From a virus (lineage: Duplodnaviria; Caudoviricetes): a DNA stretch of 64,000 nt. The translations under genes and the position numbers were made by a program. The stretch spans positions 9,512-73,511 of the IMG/VR virus record IMGVR_UViG_3300016657_000022, one strand, 5' to 3'. Under the pieces are notes generated by a model. It was not told the DNA's origin. It was given only the letters and a program-made list of their open reading frames with translations, and searched no databases. Positions within the stretch are counted from its first letter, which is position 1. Each line of letters starts with the position of its first letter. Shown piece by piece: positions 34,091 through 45,603 of the stretch.

Positions 34091-34323
34091 AGAAAACCGG
34101 GGTGAAGAAACATCTCGTCGATGATGTCGGTGGCGTCTGGAAGCGGTGGTCCACTTGGATCACCACTCTCATGGTGACGGCACAGGCCACTTGGGCACTG
34201 GTGCCCTCCGAGGCTCGGGAGATGCTCCCGAAGCCACAGTATCTGGGGCTTGGTCTGGGTGTCGCTGCTCTGATCGCCTCCATGCTGAAGCAGGGGAAGA
34301 AAGATGGCGGAACTGAAGAGTAA
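34072..34323 (+). CDS. holin (2 TM)
   Basis: WKRWSTW + two hydrophobic segments + basic C-terminus, upstream of the endolysin. Confidence 0.65.
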   Translation: MADEAVKKTGVKKHLVDDVGGVWKRWSTWITTLMVTAQATWALVPSEAREMLPKPQYLGLGLGVAALIASMLKQGKKDGGTEE

Positions 34324-34942
34324 GGTCTCGAACCTGAGTGGAAAGCAGAAAGCGGCTGGGGGTTCTCTGGCCGCTCTTGCTATGATCCTCGGCACCATCG
34401 CCCTTGAAGGCGGCTGGGTGAACGACAAGGACGATCCCGGTGGCGAGACCAATATGGGCGTGACCAAAACGGTCGCTGTCCAGCATGGCTACACCGGCCC
34501 GATGAAGAAGCTGCCTGAAGAGACGGCCATCTCCATCTACTACAAGAGCTATCTGGTGAAACCGGGGTACGAACCCCTGATCGCCGTCAATGCTCCTGTG
34601 GCCGAGGAGCTGTTCGATACGGCAGTGAACATGGGACCGAACCGTCCTTCTCGCTGGTTCCAGCAGACCATCAATGAGGTCTGCAACACCAAGCTGACGG
34701 TCGATGGTCAGGTCGGTCCGGGCACCCGTGAGGCTTTCACGAAGTGTCAGGTCACTTACGGTTCGACCAAGATGTGCATCACCTTCCTGAACAAGCTCGA
34801 TGCCAAGCAGGAAGCTGAGTACGAACGACTGATCCGTAACAACCCCGTGCTGGCCAAATACCGTCGTGGCTGGCTGAACAACCGGGTCGGGAATGTCCCC
34901 CGGTCGCACTGCGAGGTGAAATATGCCTATTCCGTGGGTTAA
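34304..34942 (+). CDS. endolysin, glycoside hydrolase family 108 with PG-binding domain and N-terminal SAR-like helix
   Basis: EGGWVNDKDDPGGETNMGVT, LFDTAVNMG, DGQVGPGT, GWLNNRV. Confidence 0.9.
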   Translation: MAELKSKVSNLSGKQKAAGGSLAALAMILGTIALEGGWVNDKDDPGGETNMGVTKTVAVQHGYTGPMKKLPEETAISIYYKSYLVKPGYEPLIAVNAPVAEELFDTAVNMGPNRPSRWFQQTINEVCNTKLTVDGQVGPGTREAFTKCQVTYGSTKMCITFLNKLDAKQEAEYERLIRNNPVLAKYRRGWLNNRVGNVPRSHCEVKYAYSVG

Positions 34943-35477
34943 GCTGCTGAAGTTCGGTCTACCAGTCCTCCTCGTTCTCGGGGTCGGCTGGTACGTCTAT
35001 TCCCTTGGTTCCAGTCACGGCGAAGCCGTGGTTCAGGCCAAATGGGACAAGCAGAAGGCAGCCGACGCCAAGATGGTGGCGGATGAGAAGGCGAAGATCG
35101 CCAAGGATGAAACAGCCCACCGGGCTGAAGATCGGAGGATTTCGGATGAGCTGGTTGCCGCGAAAGAGCAGGCTTCTGCTGGGAATGCTGCCAATGACCG
35201 TCGTACTGCTGAGCGGCTGCGGAGCAGCGACGAACGAGCGGCCCTGTATCGGTCTCAGGCCGAAGCTGGAGCCGTTGAGCGAGCAAACCTTGCAAGCCAT
35301 GCAGCCGAACTCGACCGACTACTCTCGGAAAGTCTTGGACTTCTCGAAGAAGGCCGACTCCTCGTTGAACTCCGTGATGGACAAATCCGGGGATTAGCGG
35401 CACAGATCAACAACGACCGCCAACTTATCTCGGGACAGAGCACTGCCAATGGAAACGATGCAGCCCCGGCTCAGTGA
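34923..35477 (+). CDS. inner-membrane spanin (Rz-like)
   Basis: N-terminal TM followed by coiled coil, after the endolysin. Confidence 0.75.
   Translation: MPIPWVKLLKFGLPVLLVLGVGWYVYSLGSSHGEAVVQAKWDKQKAADAKMVADEKAKIAKDETAHRAEDRRISDELVAAKEQASAGNAANDRRTAERLRSSDERAALYRSQAEAGAVERANLASHAAELDRLLSESLGLLEEGRLLVELRDGQIRGLAAQINNDRQLISGQSTANGNDAAPAQ
35185..35397 (+). CDS. outer-membrane lipoprotein spanin (Rz1-like), embedded in Rz
   Basis: Alternate frame [12 protein letters not shown] lipobox followed by a Pro-containing segment. Confidence 0.7.
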   Translation: MLPMTVVLLSGCGAATNERPCIGLRPKLEPLSEQTLQAMQPNSTDYSRKVLDFSKKADSSLNSVMDKSGD

Positions 35478-37680
35478 GAACCAGAGCCAGAAGCTGACGA
35501 ACTGGAAGAACGAACCTTCCATTCAGACGCTCAAGGAAGATTTCGAGACGGCGAAGCCCGCTCACGACAGTCAGATGACCCGTATCCAGACATGGAACGA
35601 TCTGATGGCTGTTCGTGGGAAGGCACGTCCCCCGAAGGTCAAGGGTCGCTCCAGCGTCCAGCCGAAGCTCATCCGTCGTCAGGCCGAGTGGCGTTACTCG
35701 GCTCTGACGGAGCCGTTCCTGTCCAGCAAGAAGCTGTTCAGCGTCAGCCCGGTCACTTTCGAGGACACGGACGCTGCCAAGCAGAATGAGCTGGTCCTGA
35801 ACTGGCAGTTCCGAACCAAGCTGAACCGAGTCAAGTTCATCGACGATTTCGTCCGTGCCGTGGTCGATGAAGGCACCGGCATTGTGCAGGTCGGCTGGGA
35901 ACGAGACACCATTACCGTCACCGAGCAGGTGCCGGAGTTCACCCACTATGCCATCCAGACGCAGGAGCAGCTTCAGCCGTTCCAGCAGGCTCTGGAGTTG
36001 AAGCAGGCCGATCCTCGCCATTACGACGAGAATGTGGATCCTGCTCTCAAGGCAGCCGTCGATTATTACGAGCAGTCCGGTGAGGCGACCTACGCCGTTC
36101 AGACCGGCACCCGTGGTGTTCAGGTGGACAAAGTGCTGAAGAACCAGCCTACCGTCCAGATTCTGAACCCCCAGAATTTTTATATCGACCCGAGCTGCAA
36201 CGGCGATGCCGAAAAGGCTCTGTTCGGTGTGGTCTCTTTCGAGACCAACAAGGCCGAGCTGAAGAAGAACCCGAAGCGGTACAAGAACCTCGATCTGGTC
36301 AACTGGGAGGGCAACATCCCTCTCAGCCAGCCGGACCATGAGACTTCGACGCCGGACACCTTCCAGTTCAAGGATGCCCTGCGTAAGCGGGTTGTGGCCT
36401 ATGAATACTGGGGTTTCTACGACATCCATGGTGATGGCCGACTGGTGCCGATTGTCTGCACTTGGATCGGTGATGTCATCATTCGGATGGAGGAGAACCC
36501 CTTCCCGGATCAGAAGATCCCGTTCGTTCTGGTGCCTTACCTTCCGGTAAAGCGTGAGCTTTACGGTGAGCCGGATGCTGAGCTTCTGGAGGACAACCAG
36601 AAGATCCTTGGTGCCGTGTTCCGTGGTATGATCGACCTTCTGGGTCGTTCGGCCAACAGCCAGCAGGGCTTTGCCAAGGGTCTGCTCGATCCCCTGAACC
36701 GTCGCCGTTACGAGAACGGTCAGGACTACGAGTTCAACCCGAACCTGTCTCCGGCCAATGGCATCATCGAGCACAAGTATCCAGAGCTTCCCCAGTCCGG
36801 CCTGCTCATGGCCAGCCTTCAGAACCAAGAGGCGGAAAGTCTCACTGGTGTGAAGGCGTTCGCCGGTGGTCTTTCCGGTGATGCTTATGGTGACGTGGCA
36901 GCCGGTATCCGTGGTGCTCTGGACGCTGCATCGAAGCGTGAGATGGCCATCCTTCGCCGTATCGCGAAGGGCATGATCGAGATCGCCAACAAGATCGTGG
37001 CCATGAATGCCGTGTTCCTGTCGGCTGAAGAGGTCATCCGGGTCACGAACAAGGAGTTCGTGAAGGTCAAGCGTGAAGATCTGATCGGCAACTTCGATCT
37101 GGACACAGACATCTCGACCGCCGAGGTGGACAACCAGAAGGCTCAGGATCTGGCCTTCATGCTCCAGACCATCGGCAATAACATGGATTTGGGGATCACC
37201 ATCATGATCCTCGCCGAGATCGCCGACCTCAAGCGGATGCCGGAACTGGCCGAGAAGCTCCGTACCTTCAAGCCTCAGCCGACTCCTGAGCAGCAGCAGA
37301 TGCAGCAGCTTGCTCTCCAGAAGGCCCAGCTCGAAGTCGAAGAGCTTCGTTCCAAGATCGCCCTCAACAATGCCAAGGCAGCCGAAGCCGGGTCCAAGAA
37401 GGACAAGACCGACCTCGATTATCTTGAGCAGGAGACCGGCACCACCCATGCTCGTGAGATGCAGAAGATGCGTGGGCAGGCTCAGGGCAATCAGGATCTG
37501 GAAGTCACCAAGGCTCTTCTGGCTCCCCAGAAGAAGGCTGATGGTGGAGAAAGCCGACCCGATGTTGGGGCAGCAGTTGGTTGGAATGAGCTTTCCGACG
37601 AACTCCGTGATGATGGGCGACCGTCATCTCCTGTTGACATCCCACCCCAAGTTGGTGGACAGCAGTTCCCGACTCTTTAG
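35449..37680 (+). CDS. portal protein (N4 gp59-like)
   Basis: [35 protein letters not shown], 743 aa, synteny. Confidence 0.92.
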   Translation: METMQPRLSENQSQKLTNWKNEPSIQTLKEDFETAKPAHDSQMTRIQTWNDLMAVRGKARPPKVKGRSSVQPKLIRRQAEWRYSALTEPFLSSKKLFSVSPVTFEDTDAAKQNELVLNWQFRTKLNRVKFIDDFVRAVVDEGTGIVQVGWERDTITVTEQVPEFTHYAIQTQEQLQPFQQALELKQADPRHYDENVDPALKAAVDYYEQSGEATYAVQTGTRGVQVDKVLKNQPTVQILNPQNFYIDPSCNGDAEKALFGVVSFETNKAELKKNPKRYKNLDLVNWEGNIPLSQPDHETSTPDTFQFKDALRKRVVAYEYWGFYDIHGDGRLVPIVCTWIGDVIIRMEENPFPDQKIPFVLVPYLPVKRELYGEPDAELLEDNQKILGAVFRGMIDLLGRSANSQQGFAKGLLDPLNRRRYENGQDYEFNPNLSPANGIIEHKYPELPQSGLLMASLQNQEAESLTGVKAFAGGLSGDAYGDVAAGIRGALDAASKREMAILRRIAKGMIEIANKIVAMNAVFLSAEEVIRVTNKEFVKVKREDLIGNFDLDTDISTAEVDNQKAQDLAFMLQTIGNNMDLGITIMILAEIADLKRMPELAEKLRTFKPQPTPEQQQMQQLALQKAQLEVEELRSKIALNNAKAAEAGSKKDKTDLDYLEQETGTTHAREMQKMRGQAQGNQDLEVTKALLAPQKKADGGESRPDVGAAVGWNELSDELRDDGRPSSPVDIPPQVGGQQFPTL

Positions 37681-37724
37681 TCACTGACCACAAACCCAAC
37701 CTAATTTTGTAGAGGCCCTACAAC

Positions 37725-38099
37725 ATGTCGATGATTGCACGTCTTGAAGAACAACTGAAGGATGAGAAGGAGCTGATCGAGCGCCGTGACACCATCCTTC
37801 GGCTCAGCAAGAATGCCGATTTCCGCAAGGTCATCCTCGAAGCATTCTTCGTTGAGGAGTGTGCCCGCTATGCTCGTGAGAGTGGCGATCCGGCACTGCC
37901 CCCCGAAGCTCGGGCCGACGCCCTTGCCATCGCTCAGGCTGCTGGCCACCTGAAGCGTTTCCTGAACATCCAGATCACTCTGGGCAATCAGGCTGAACGC
38001 AAGCTCCCCGAAATCGAGGAGGCCATCGAGCAGGAACGTCTTCTCGAACAGGATGGGGTCGAGGCCCTGCCCGAAGGTTATGAGGGGGACGTTGACTAA
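37725..38099 (+). CDS. N4 gp58-like protein
   Basis: L..N.DF.KVILE.F; between portal and scaffold. Confidence 0.7.
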   Translation: MSMIARLEEQLKDEKELIERRDTILRLSKNADFRKVILEAFFVEECARYARESGDPALPPEARADALAIAQAAGHLKRFLNIQITLGNQAERKLPEIEEAIEQERLLEQDGVEALPEGYEGDVD

Positions 38100-39382
38100 T
38101 GGCCGACGCTGTGACGAACCCGCTTGAGCTGTCCGACGAGGACTTCGCCAAGCTGCCCATGCCGGGCTATGAGGTCTCCGAACAGACGACTGAGGCTCCG
38201 GGTAACACCGGGGCCGAAGGCGTTTCCGGGGAAGAGGGCAACAACACCAACGAAGGTGGCGACGCCAACCAGCAGCAGCAGGGGGCTGAAGCAGGTGAAG
38301 AGGGCAAGCAGACTGAAGGAGCCGAAGGCACCGGAGCAGAAGCTCAGGGGGCTGAAGGCGAAGGCAACGGTGGTGGAAACACGACCGGGGCTGAAGGTGC
38401 TGAAGGTGGTGCTGACGGCAAGAAGCCCGAAGAACAGGCGAGCAAGGAAGGGGCAGAAGCTCCGAAGCCCGAAAGTGCTGTTCCTCCCGCTGGATCCAAG
38501 CCCGAAGGGCAGGAAGCTCCGGCAGCAGGTGTAGTCGTCCGCACGGCTGACACTGACAAGGCTTTCTACGATAAGGTGATGGCTCCGTTCATCGCCAACG
38601 GGAAAGAGATCAAACTGAATAGCCCTGAAGAGGTCATTCAGTTGATGCAGCAGGGTGCTAACTACACCCGTAAAATGCAGGCTATCGCCCCGCATCGAAA
38701 GATGCTAACGATGGCTCAGAACAACGGTATCACTGAAGACAAGTTGTCCTTCCTGATTGACTTGGAGAAGGGCAACCCCGAAGCGATCCAGAAGTTTCTG
38801 AAGGACAAAGGAGTCGATCCACTGACGATCGACACTGAGTCCGAACCGACTTACCGTGAGGGCACTCACAAGGTCAGTGATACTGAAGTTGCGTTCCGTA
38901 CCAATCTGGACGAGCTTAGCTCCACCCCAGCCGGTAAGGAAACTCTCCAGACGATCAACTCGACTTGGGACGACGCCAGCAAGGAAGTGCTGTGGGGAGA
39001 ACCCGCACTGATGACGGTAATCCATGCTCAGCGTGAGAGCGGGGTCTATGACCTCATCACGACCGAGGTGGACCGGCGACGGATGCTGGGACAGATTGCC
39101 CCTGACACCACATTTTTCGACGCTTACCGGATGGTCGGAGACGATCTGGTGAAGAAGGCCGAAGCAGAGAAAGCTGCTGCACCTGCACCTACGGCTGTTG
39201 CCCCGGTGGCTGTTGCAACGACCGCTGCTGCTCCGAAGGCCGTCGTCGATAATGCGGACAAGGCCAGTGCCGCCTCTCCCACGAGGAGCACTCCGAAACC
39301 GGCAAAGGTCAACTTTAACCCGTTGTCCATGTCTGACGAAGAATTTGAGGCCCAATTCGCGAAGATGCAGGGCCGAGTCTGA
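38099..39382 (+). CDS. N4 gp57-like putative scaffold protein
   Basis: Low-complexity GAEG-rich N-terminus; APF.ANGK...LMQ.GANYT.KMQ; precedes MCP. Confidence 0.75.
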   Translation: MADAVTNPLELSDEDFAKLPMPGYEVSEQTTEAPGNTGAEGVSGEEGNNTNEGGDANQQQQGAEAGEEGKQTEGAEGTGAEAQGAEGEGNGGGNTTGAEGAEGGADGKKPEEQASKEGAEAPKPESAVPPAGSKPEGQEAPAAGVVVRTADTDKAFYDKVMAPFIANGKEIKLNSPEEVIQLMQQGANYTRKMQAIAPHRKMLTMAQNNGITEDKLSFLIDLEKGNPEAIQKFLKDKGVDPLTIDTESEPTYREGTHKVSDTEVAFRTNLDELSSTPAGKETLQTINSTWDDASKEVLWGEPALMTVIHAQRESGVYDLITTEVDRRRMLGQIAPDTTFFDAYRMVGDDLVKKAEAEKAAAPAPTAVAPVAVATTAAAPKAVVDNADKASAASPTRSTPKPAKVNFNPLSMSDEEFEAQFAKMQGRV

Positions 39383-39396
39383 GGGAACCGACTCCA

Positions 39397-40629
39397 ATGC
39401 TGAACTACAATGCCCCCATCGACGGTCAGAAGTCGTCCATCGACGGCACGGGTTCTGACCAGATGAACACCTTCTTCTGGCTGAAGAAGGCGATCATCGA
39501 CGCCCGCAAAGAGCAGTATTTCATGCCGCTCGCCAGCGTCACCAACATGCCGAAGAACTTCGGCAAGACCATCAAGGTCTACCAGTACGTTCCGCTGCTG
39601 GACGACCGCAACGTCAATGATCAGGGCATCGACGCCAACGGTGTGACCATTGCCAACGGCAACCTGTATGGTTCGTCGAAGGACGTGGGCACCATTGCTG
39701 GCAAGCTGCCGACCCTCACCGAGAACGGTGGCCGAGTGAACCGCGTCGGCTTCACCCGTCTTCAGCGTGAAGGTTCGATCCACAAGTTCGGCTTCTTCAC
39801 CGAGTTCACGCAGGAGTCGCTCGACTTCGACAGCGACTCGGAGCTGATGTCGCACCTGTCTCGTGAGCTGATGAACGGTGCGGTCCAGATGACCGAAGCC
39901 GCTCTCCAGATGGATCTGCTCGCCGCCCCTGGCGTCGTGATCTACGCTGGTGCTGCCACGGACGTGGACGAGATCACCGGCGAGGTCATCCCCGAAGTTC
40001 CCGGCACCAGCCCCGAGATCCCGGCGTCCATCGTGGACTACGAAGATCTCATGCGTCTGGACGCCGTGCTGACGGACAACCGCACCCCGACTTCGACCAC
40101 GATCATCACCGGCAGCCGCCTGATCGACACGAAGACCCTCGGTGCGACCCGCATCCTCTATGTCGGCTCGGAACTCGTTCCGGTCCTGAAGCGGATGAAG
40201 GATCTGTTCGACAACAAGGCGTTCATCGAGGTCCAGCACTATGCCGACGCAGGCACCGTGCTGAACGGCGAGATCGGCTCCATCGACAAGTTCCGCATCA
40301 TTCAGGTTCCTGAGATGCTGCACTGGGCCGGTGCCGGTGCCGAGGTGGACGACAATCCGGGCTACCGCACCAGCACGGTCGGTGGCGTCGAGCGTTACGA
40401 CGTGTTCCCGATGCTCTGCATCGGCGACCAGAGCTTCACGACCATCGGTTTCCAGACTGATGGCAAGACCGTGAAGTTCAACGTCATGACCAAGATGCCG
40501 GGCAAGGAAACGGCTGACCGCAACGACCCGTTCGGTGAGACCGGCTTCAGCTCGATCAAGTGGTACTACGGTATCCTGATCCTGCGTCCCGAGCGTATCG
40601 GCGTCATCAAGACTGTTGCCCCGGTCTAA
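39397..40629 (+). CDS. major capsid protein (N4 gp56-like)
   Basis: YNAP...[58 protein letters not shown]. Confidence 0.95.
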   Translation: MLNYNAPIDGQKSSIDGTGSDQMNTFFWLKKAIIDARKEQYFMPLASVTNMPKNFGKTIKVYQYVPLLDDRNVNDQGIDANGVTIANGNLYGSSKDVGTIAGKLPTLTENGGRVNRVGFTRLQREGSIHKFGFFTEFTQESLDFDSDSELMSHLSRELMNGAVQMTEAALQMDLLAAPGVVIYAGAATDVDEITGEVIPEVPGTSPEIPASIVDYEDLMRLDAVLTDNRTPTSTTIITGSRLIDTKTLGATRILYVGSELVPVLKRMKDLFDNKAFIEVQHYADAGTVLNGEIGSIDKFRIIQVPEMLHWAGAGAEVDDNPGYRTSTVGGVERYDVFPMLCIGDQSFTTIGFQTDGKTVKFNVMTKMPGKETADRNDPFGETGFSSIKWYYGILILRPERIGVIKTVAPV

Positions 40630-40651
40630 GACCAGTGGCATAAGCCTAAGT

Positions 40652-40684
40652 TGGGGGTGGAGGAAACTCCGCCCCCTTTCTTTT
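40652..40684 (+). terminator. intrinsic terminator after MCP
   Basis: GGGGGUGGAG-GAAA-CUCCGCCCCC plus UUUCUUUU. Confidence 0.8.
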
Positions 40685-40710
40685 GACCAAACCCGGAAGG
40701 TTCTTCCTCA

Positions 40711-41580
40711 ATGACTGAACAGACTGAAGGCAGCGGCCCGTCTGAACTGGATCTCCTGAAGCAGCGAGCACGCTTGCTCGGTGTGGAGTTCTCGAACAAC
40801 ATCGGTGTCGATACCCTGCGTCAGCGTGTCGCTGACAAAATGGCCGAACTGGACGGCGAAGAGACGCAGCCTGCGACTCCACCTGTTTCGGAAGGCGACC
40901 AAAGCCTGCCCGAGCAGGTCGATACGGCAAGCGAGGGCGGTGACGCTCCGAGCTTCGACGACGACATCGAAGAGGAAGAAGAGCAGGCCGACGAGAACGC
41001 TCAGCCTAACGCTTTCGATGCTGCTGCTCAGATCGCCGCCGCCAAGGTGACGGCTCCCCCGGTGACGCCGATCAAGGGTGCCGATCAGATCATCAATCCG
41101 ATCAAGCCTCTGGCTCGTGCTGCCGTCGAACCTTCGGCGGGAACCAAGCTGGGACAGGCCACCTCGGTCAAGGCTGGACGCACTCCGACTCTTCGCCAGC
41201 ATCTCTACAACGAGCAGATGAAGCTGGTCCGGGTTCGCATCCAGAACCTCGATCCGAAAAAGGCTGACCTCAACGGCGAGGTCATCGCTGTTGGCAACAA
41301 GCATCTCGGCACCATCAAGATGTTCGTGCCTTACGGCGAAGTCACCGATGATGGCTGGCACATCCCGTACATCATCTACAAGGAGCTGGAGCGTCGTCGC
41401 TTCCTCTCCATCCGTACCGTGAAGGATCCCCGGACCAAGCAGCCGGTGGTCAAGAAGGGTTGGGCCAAGGAGTTCGCCATCGAAGTCCTCGCTCCCCTGA
41501 CGGCGACGGAACTGAAGCAGCTTGCCACGGCTCAGGCCGCTGCTGGCTCCATCGAAACCGGCGACAGCTCGCTGCTGTAA
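40711..41580 (+). CDS. N4 gp55-like structural protein
   Basis: LK.RA.LLG..FSNNIG.DTLR..V; KLVRVRIQNLDP.K..L.GE. Confidence 0.75.
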   Translation: MTEQTEGSGPSELDLLKQRARLLGVEFSNNIGVDTLRQRVADKMAELDGEETQPATPPVSEGDQSLPEQVDTASEGGDAPSFDDDIEEEEEQADENAQPNAFDAAAQIAAAKVTAPPVTPIKGADQIINPIKPLARAAVEPSAGTKLGQATSVKAGRTPTLRQHLYNEQMKLVRVRIQNLDPKKADLNGEVIAVGNKHLGTIKMFVPYGEVTDDGWHIPYIIYKELERRRFLSIRTVKDPRTKQPVVKKGWAKEFAIEVLAPLTATELKQLATAQAAAGSIETGDSSLL

Positions 41581-41611
41581 CCGCTGACGAACCAAGGTAA
41601 AGGAACCGTCA

Positions 41612-42457
41612 ATGAGCGTCTGTGGTGCAGAGACCGAAGCGAATGAACTCCTCAATGCCCTTCTGGCAGGTGAGGACGTAACGCTTCCCGACATCGACTT
41701 CGATAGTGACATCTGGGACATCCCGGATAGCATTATGCAGAATTTGCAGCAGGCGGTTGACCGTCTGACGAACGATGATCTGACCACGGGTGCCATTGAC
41801 GGTTCTGGCACCTTCGATGCCCTAATGAGGGGCTTCAAGGCCCATCTCCGTGAGGAGTTCGACAAGGGCCGTATCACCGGGGCTGAGTACACGAAGGCAT
41901 ATATCGCTCTCACTGAGGGGGCGATGTCCAATGCTGTTCAGTATCTCATCAACCGGGATCAGACCTACTGGTCGGCAGTGACCGCTCAGCTTCAGGCATT
42001 CACGGCCCGTGCTGGTTTCGAGACTGCCAAGATGCAGCTTGCCATGGCCAACTTCCAAGCCCTGACGGCGAAGTCCGAGTACGGCCTGACCAAGATGAAG
42101 ATCGCCTCGGAAGAGGTGGCCTACTGCACCGGCAAGTATCAGCTCGACAACATCCTGCCCCAGCAGCTCGTGCTGGTGAAGGAACAGGTCGAAACGCAGC
42201 GTTCGCAGACGCTCGATACCCGCACCGATGGCATTCCTATCACTGGTTCCGTGGGCAAGCAGAAGGATCTGTATGCCCAGCAGATCGTGTCCTATCAGCG
42301 TGACGCCGAGGTCAAGGCGGCCAAGATGTGGACCGACGCATGGATCACCATGAAGACCATCGACGAGGGCCTCGATCCGCCTGACGCTTTCACCAATACA
42401 CATCTGGATCAGGTGCTTCAGGTTATCGCCACGGCGAACGGTTTCGGGAGTATGTAA
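41612..42457 (+). CDS. N4 gp54-like structural protein
   Basis: GSG.FD.LM...K.HL.EE..KGRITGAEY; GSVGKQKDLY.QQI.SY.RDAE.K. Confidence 0.78.
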   Translation: MSVCGAETEANELLNALLAGEDVTLPDIDFDSDIWDIPDSIMQNLQQAVDRLTNDDLTTGAIDGSGTFDALMRGFKAHLREEFDKGRITGAEYTKAYIALTEGAMSNAVQYLINRDQTYWSAVTAQLQAFTARAGFETAKMQLAMANFQALTAKSEYGLTKMKIASEEVAYCTGKYQLDNILPQQLVLVKEQVETQRSQTLDTRTDGIPITGSVGKQKDLYAQQIVSYQRDAEVKAAKMWTDAWITMKTIDEGLDPPDAFTNTHLDQVLQVIATANGFGSM

Positions 42458-45138
42458 TGGGTCTCTTTGGTAGCAAGAAGACCTACGTTTCTTCGACGGT
42501 CCAGAATTTGGCTGGACCCGAGAAGGACAGGCCAAACTACCTCAAGACCACGGTGATTGGCAGTGTCCTCGCAGATCAGGAGGACATTGCCGACACCCTT
42601 CAGCGTGCCTACCTCAAGGGGCCGGGAATGAAGCTGCGTAGCTTCTTCCGTTGGTCCAAGCTCGGCGATAACTTCGACGCCATCGGTCTACCGACCGCCA
42701 CCATCGGCACCGTCAAGAACGTGAACGGCTACACCATCGGGACACAGATCCCAGTTGGTGCCGGTCAGTCTGTGCAGGTACAGACTGCCGAGATCGGCTT
42801 TGCCGATTATTCCTACTGGGCCGAGCAGTATATTCTGGCGAATGATCCGGGTAGCTTCGACACCGAGTGGACGGCAGACATCAACAACGACACGGATGTC
42901 ATCACCATCACATGGGAAGACAATTCGATCACGTCGTTCAGCCCGGCTGATTTCGACCGGGATGCCCAGTATATTTACGCTGCCTACCTTGTGACCAAGA
43001 GCGGTGAGGCCGGACCCATTCAAACTGGGACCACCATCGACCTTGGGACTGGGGCTTTTCCCAGCACTTCCGGGTGGGTGCTTATCACGTCCAGCACATC
43101 GAATGTGCCTGTGACGCTGCACACGACCGTCAATAAGACGATGAGCTATTCCGATGGTCGTCCGAATGAGACGAGCACGTCCACTTCGACCAACGATACG
43201 ACCTATGTTCTCTACTCGGCTGAGTATCAGCGTGAGACCTATGAGGGCACGGATACCGATCTGTTTGGGCCGGATGAGACCACGAAGCTGGTGGAGTACA
43301 TGTACTTCAACCAGACCAGCAACGTGGGTTCGACCACCACGACGGATACCACGACCGAGGATATTGGGGGTGGTGTCACCAAGACGACTGTGACCGAAAC
43401 GATCACGGAGAGTCTGACGATCAACCGCAAATACCGGATCGACAAGCAGACCGTCACGATCAAGTCGTGGACCGGGCCGTACATGTTCATCTATCGCCTT
43501 GGTTCCGGCAACGCCGTTCTCGATGCCATGCTGGATGAGCAGGATGGGGATGACCGCTTTGGCAATGCCGAGTTCTTTCCGACGATCCCGATCCGCATGA
43601 ACAACAAGTTTGTCTCCTCGACCTACCTTCCTGATGCCTACGCTGAGGGCAAAAAGGGCTTCAAGAAGGCTGTCGATGGGAAGTTCGATGATGTAGTGGA
43701 TGAGCTGTCCGACGCCGAGAACCTCAGTGATATGGACTACATCTATGTCGCTTTCGGGGTGTCTGCGAACGTCGTAGACAACTCTTGCCGGAAGTACATT
43801 TATGAGTTCTTTCTGGCTCTGTCTCAGGCCCAGAACACATCCTCCAGCGACTATGCCGCTTGGAAGGCTCAGCTCGATGCCTACCAAGCCAGCCTAGACG
43901 CATGGATGGAATGGAAGCGAGACCAGTCCAATCCCTTCAGCTCTGGCTTTGGGGATGATGAGCCGTCTGTGTCGCCGTACCCGACGCTGCCCAGCTCGCA
44001 GCTCAACCTCAAGGCCAATGGCGACACGGACCTGAATTATCAGATCCAGTTGTCGTGGCAGAGCATTTCAGAGGTTGCAGGTGGTGGGCTGGCCAAGGCC
44101 GGAGCCAAGAACAATGAAGTGTGGTTCCAGTACCTTGGGGCCGACAATACGCAGGACATGCTCTATTATGCCAAGAACCTGATCCCGGTCGGCGGTACGA
44201 CTGTGGGCCGCTGGCGGCTGTATTGGCAGTTGGATCAGGACACTTGGAAGGCCCTCGACATCGTGGGCATGGTTCATCGGAACTACATCTACAACGGCAA
44301 GTATGTAGAGACGACGCTGACCGATGCCATCAACGATGATGAAGACTCGGGCTTCATCGTTCCGCTGCACTATCCGACGCTGAAGTCGATGTCTCTGGTG
44401 GACACCACTCAGATGAGCACGGCTTGCGTGTTCATGGTGTTCAACAGCTATGTCGTGAAAAAGACGGGTCTCCTCGGATCCCTGTTCTTCAAGATCTTCC
44501 TGATCGTCGTCATCATCGTGGTGATCGTCTACGCTCCGCAGCTTGCCCCAACACTGGCTAATGCCGCTGCTGCAACAGGCACGGCTATTGGTCTTTCGGG
44601 TACGGCTGCCCTCGTGGCAGGTGCAGCGATCAACGCCATTGCTGCCATGGTAATCACGTCGGTCATCATGAAGGCGAGCATTGCTGTTTTCGGCCAGCGT
44701 CTGGGCTTTATCATCGGGACCATCGCTTCCATCGTGGCGATGAACGGGATGACCAATCTCATCAACGGTCAGGGCTTGACGCTGAACTTCGGGAACATGA
44801 TGTCTGCCCAGAACCTGACGATGCTGACCTCGGCCATCGGCAACGTGTATGCCCGGTTCGTGGCTCTCGACACCATGGACACGATGAAGAAGACCGAGGA
44901 GCTGCAAGAGGAGCTGGTCAAGAAGACCAAGGAGATCTCTCAACTCTATGCAGACACATTCGGCTATGGTAGTGGGATCATTGACCCGCTGGCCCTGCTC
45001 GATAGTAGCAACATGTTGGTGGAAAGCTCGTCTCAGTTCCTCGACCGGACACTGATGACAGGTTCTGACATCGCTGAGTTGTCTGTCACCATGCTTCACT
45101 CGTTTGCAGACATCACGCTCAATTTGGACCTGCAATAG
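42457..45138 (+). CDS. N4 gp53-like structural/tail protein
   Basis: MGLFGSKKTYVSS, 893 aa, hydrophobic C-terminal segment; synteny. Confidence 0.75.
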   Translation: MGLFGSKKTYVSSTVQNLAGPEKDRPNYLKTTVIGSVLADQEDIADTLQRAYLKGPGMKLRSFFRWSKLGDNFDAIGLPTATIGTVKNVNGYTIGTQIPVGAGQSVQVQTAEIGFADYSYWAEQYILANDPGSFDTEWTADINNDTDVITITWEDNSITSFSPADFDRDAQYIYAAYLVTKSGEAGPIQTGTTIDLGTGAFPSTSGWVLITSSTSNVPVTLHTTVNKTMSYSDGRPNETSTSTSTNDTTYVLYSAEYQRETYEGTDTDLFGPDETTKLVEYMYFNQTSNVGSTTTTDTTTEDIGGGVTKTTVTETITESLTINRKYRIDKQTVTIKSWTGPYMFIYRLGSGNAVLDAMLDEQDGDDRFGNAEFFPTIPIRMNNKFVSSTYLPDAYAEGKKGFKKAVDGKFDDVVDELSDAENLSDMDYIYVAFGVSANVVDNSCRKYIYEFFLALSQAQNTSSSDYAAWKAQLDAYQASLDAWMEWKRDQSNPFSSGFGDDEPSVSPYPTLPSSQLNLKANGDTDLNYQIQLSWQSISEVAGGGLAKAGAKNNEVWFQYLGADNTQDMLYYAKNLIPVGGTTVGRWRLYWQLDQDTWKALDIVGMVHRNYIYNGKYVETTLTDAINDDEDSGFIVPLHYPTLKSMSLVDTTQMSTACVFMVFNSYVVKKTGLLGSLFFKIFLIVVIIVVIVYAPQLAPTLANAAAATGTAIGLSGTAALVAGAAINAIAAMVITSVIMKASIAVFGQRLGFIIGTIASIVAMNGMTNLINGQGLTLNFGNMMSAQNLTMLTSAIGNVYARFVALDTMDTMKKTEELQEELVKKTKEISQLYADTFGYGSGIIDPLALLDSSNMLVESSSQFLDRTLMTGSDIAELSVTMLHSFADITLNLDLQ

Positions 45139-45161
45139 CAGGGGAATAGGGATAAACGCCA

Positions 45162-45593
45162 ATGGCTGGTCTGGATGACATCATCGTCAACCCCAATGCT
45201 CTGTCGAGCATCTCCTCGCTGAGCAGCCTTTCGACTCTGCCCAAGATCGACTTGAGTGCATATGACGGTCTGGTCCCCACGACCACGACGACCAGCACCA
45301 ATCCCCTTGGTTCTGGTAGCGGTCTGGGCCTGAACCTCGATACGCTGAAGCTGGGTCTGACTGGCCTTTCGACGGTCGGCAATCTCTATGCCGCCCTTCA
45401 GGCTAACAGTCTGGCGAACAAGCAGTTCGACTTCACGAAGGCATATGCCAACGCGAACATGGCCAATCAGGTCCAGTCCTACAATACGACCCTTGCTGAC
45501 CGGCTGAACAGTCGAGCCAAGGTGGAAGGCACCTCCGCCGAGGATGCTGCCGCCGAGATCGCGAAGAACAGCCTGAAGAACGTGACGCTCTAA
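45162..45593 (+). CDS. N4 gp52-like internal (ejection) protein
   Basis: 143 aa, KQFDF.K.YAN.N..NQ..SYNT.L.DR. Confidence 0.7.
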   Translation: MAGLDDIIVNPNALSSISSLSSLSTLPKIDLSAYDGLVPTTTTTSTNPLGSGSGLGLNLDTLKLGLTGLSTVGNLYAALQANSLANKQFDFTKAYANANMANQVQSYNTTLADRLNSRAKVEGTSAEDAAAEIAKNSLKNVTL

Positions 45594-45603
45594 GGAAACA
45601 GCT

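Noticed and set aside
38160-38520. GAEG-type repeats in gp57, and Ala/Glu repeats at 58599-59000
   Set aside because: Protein low complexity, not a DNA repeat array
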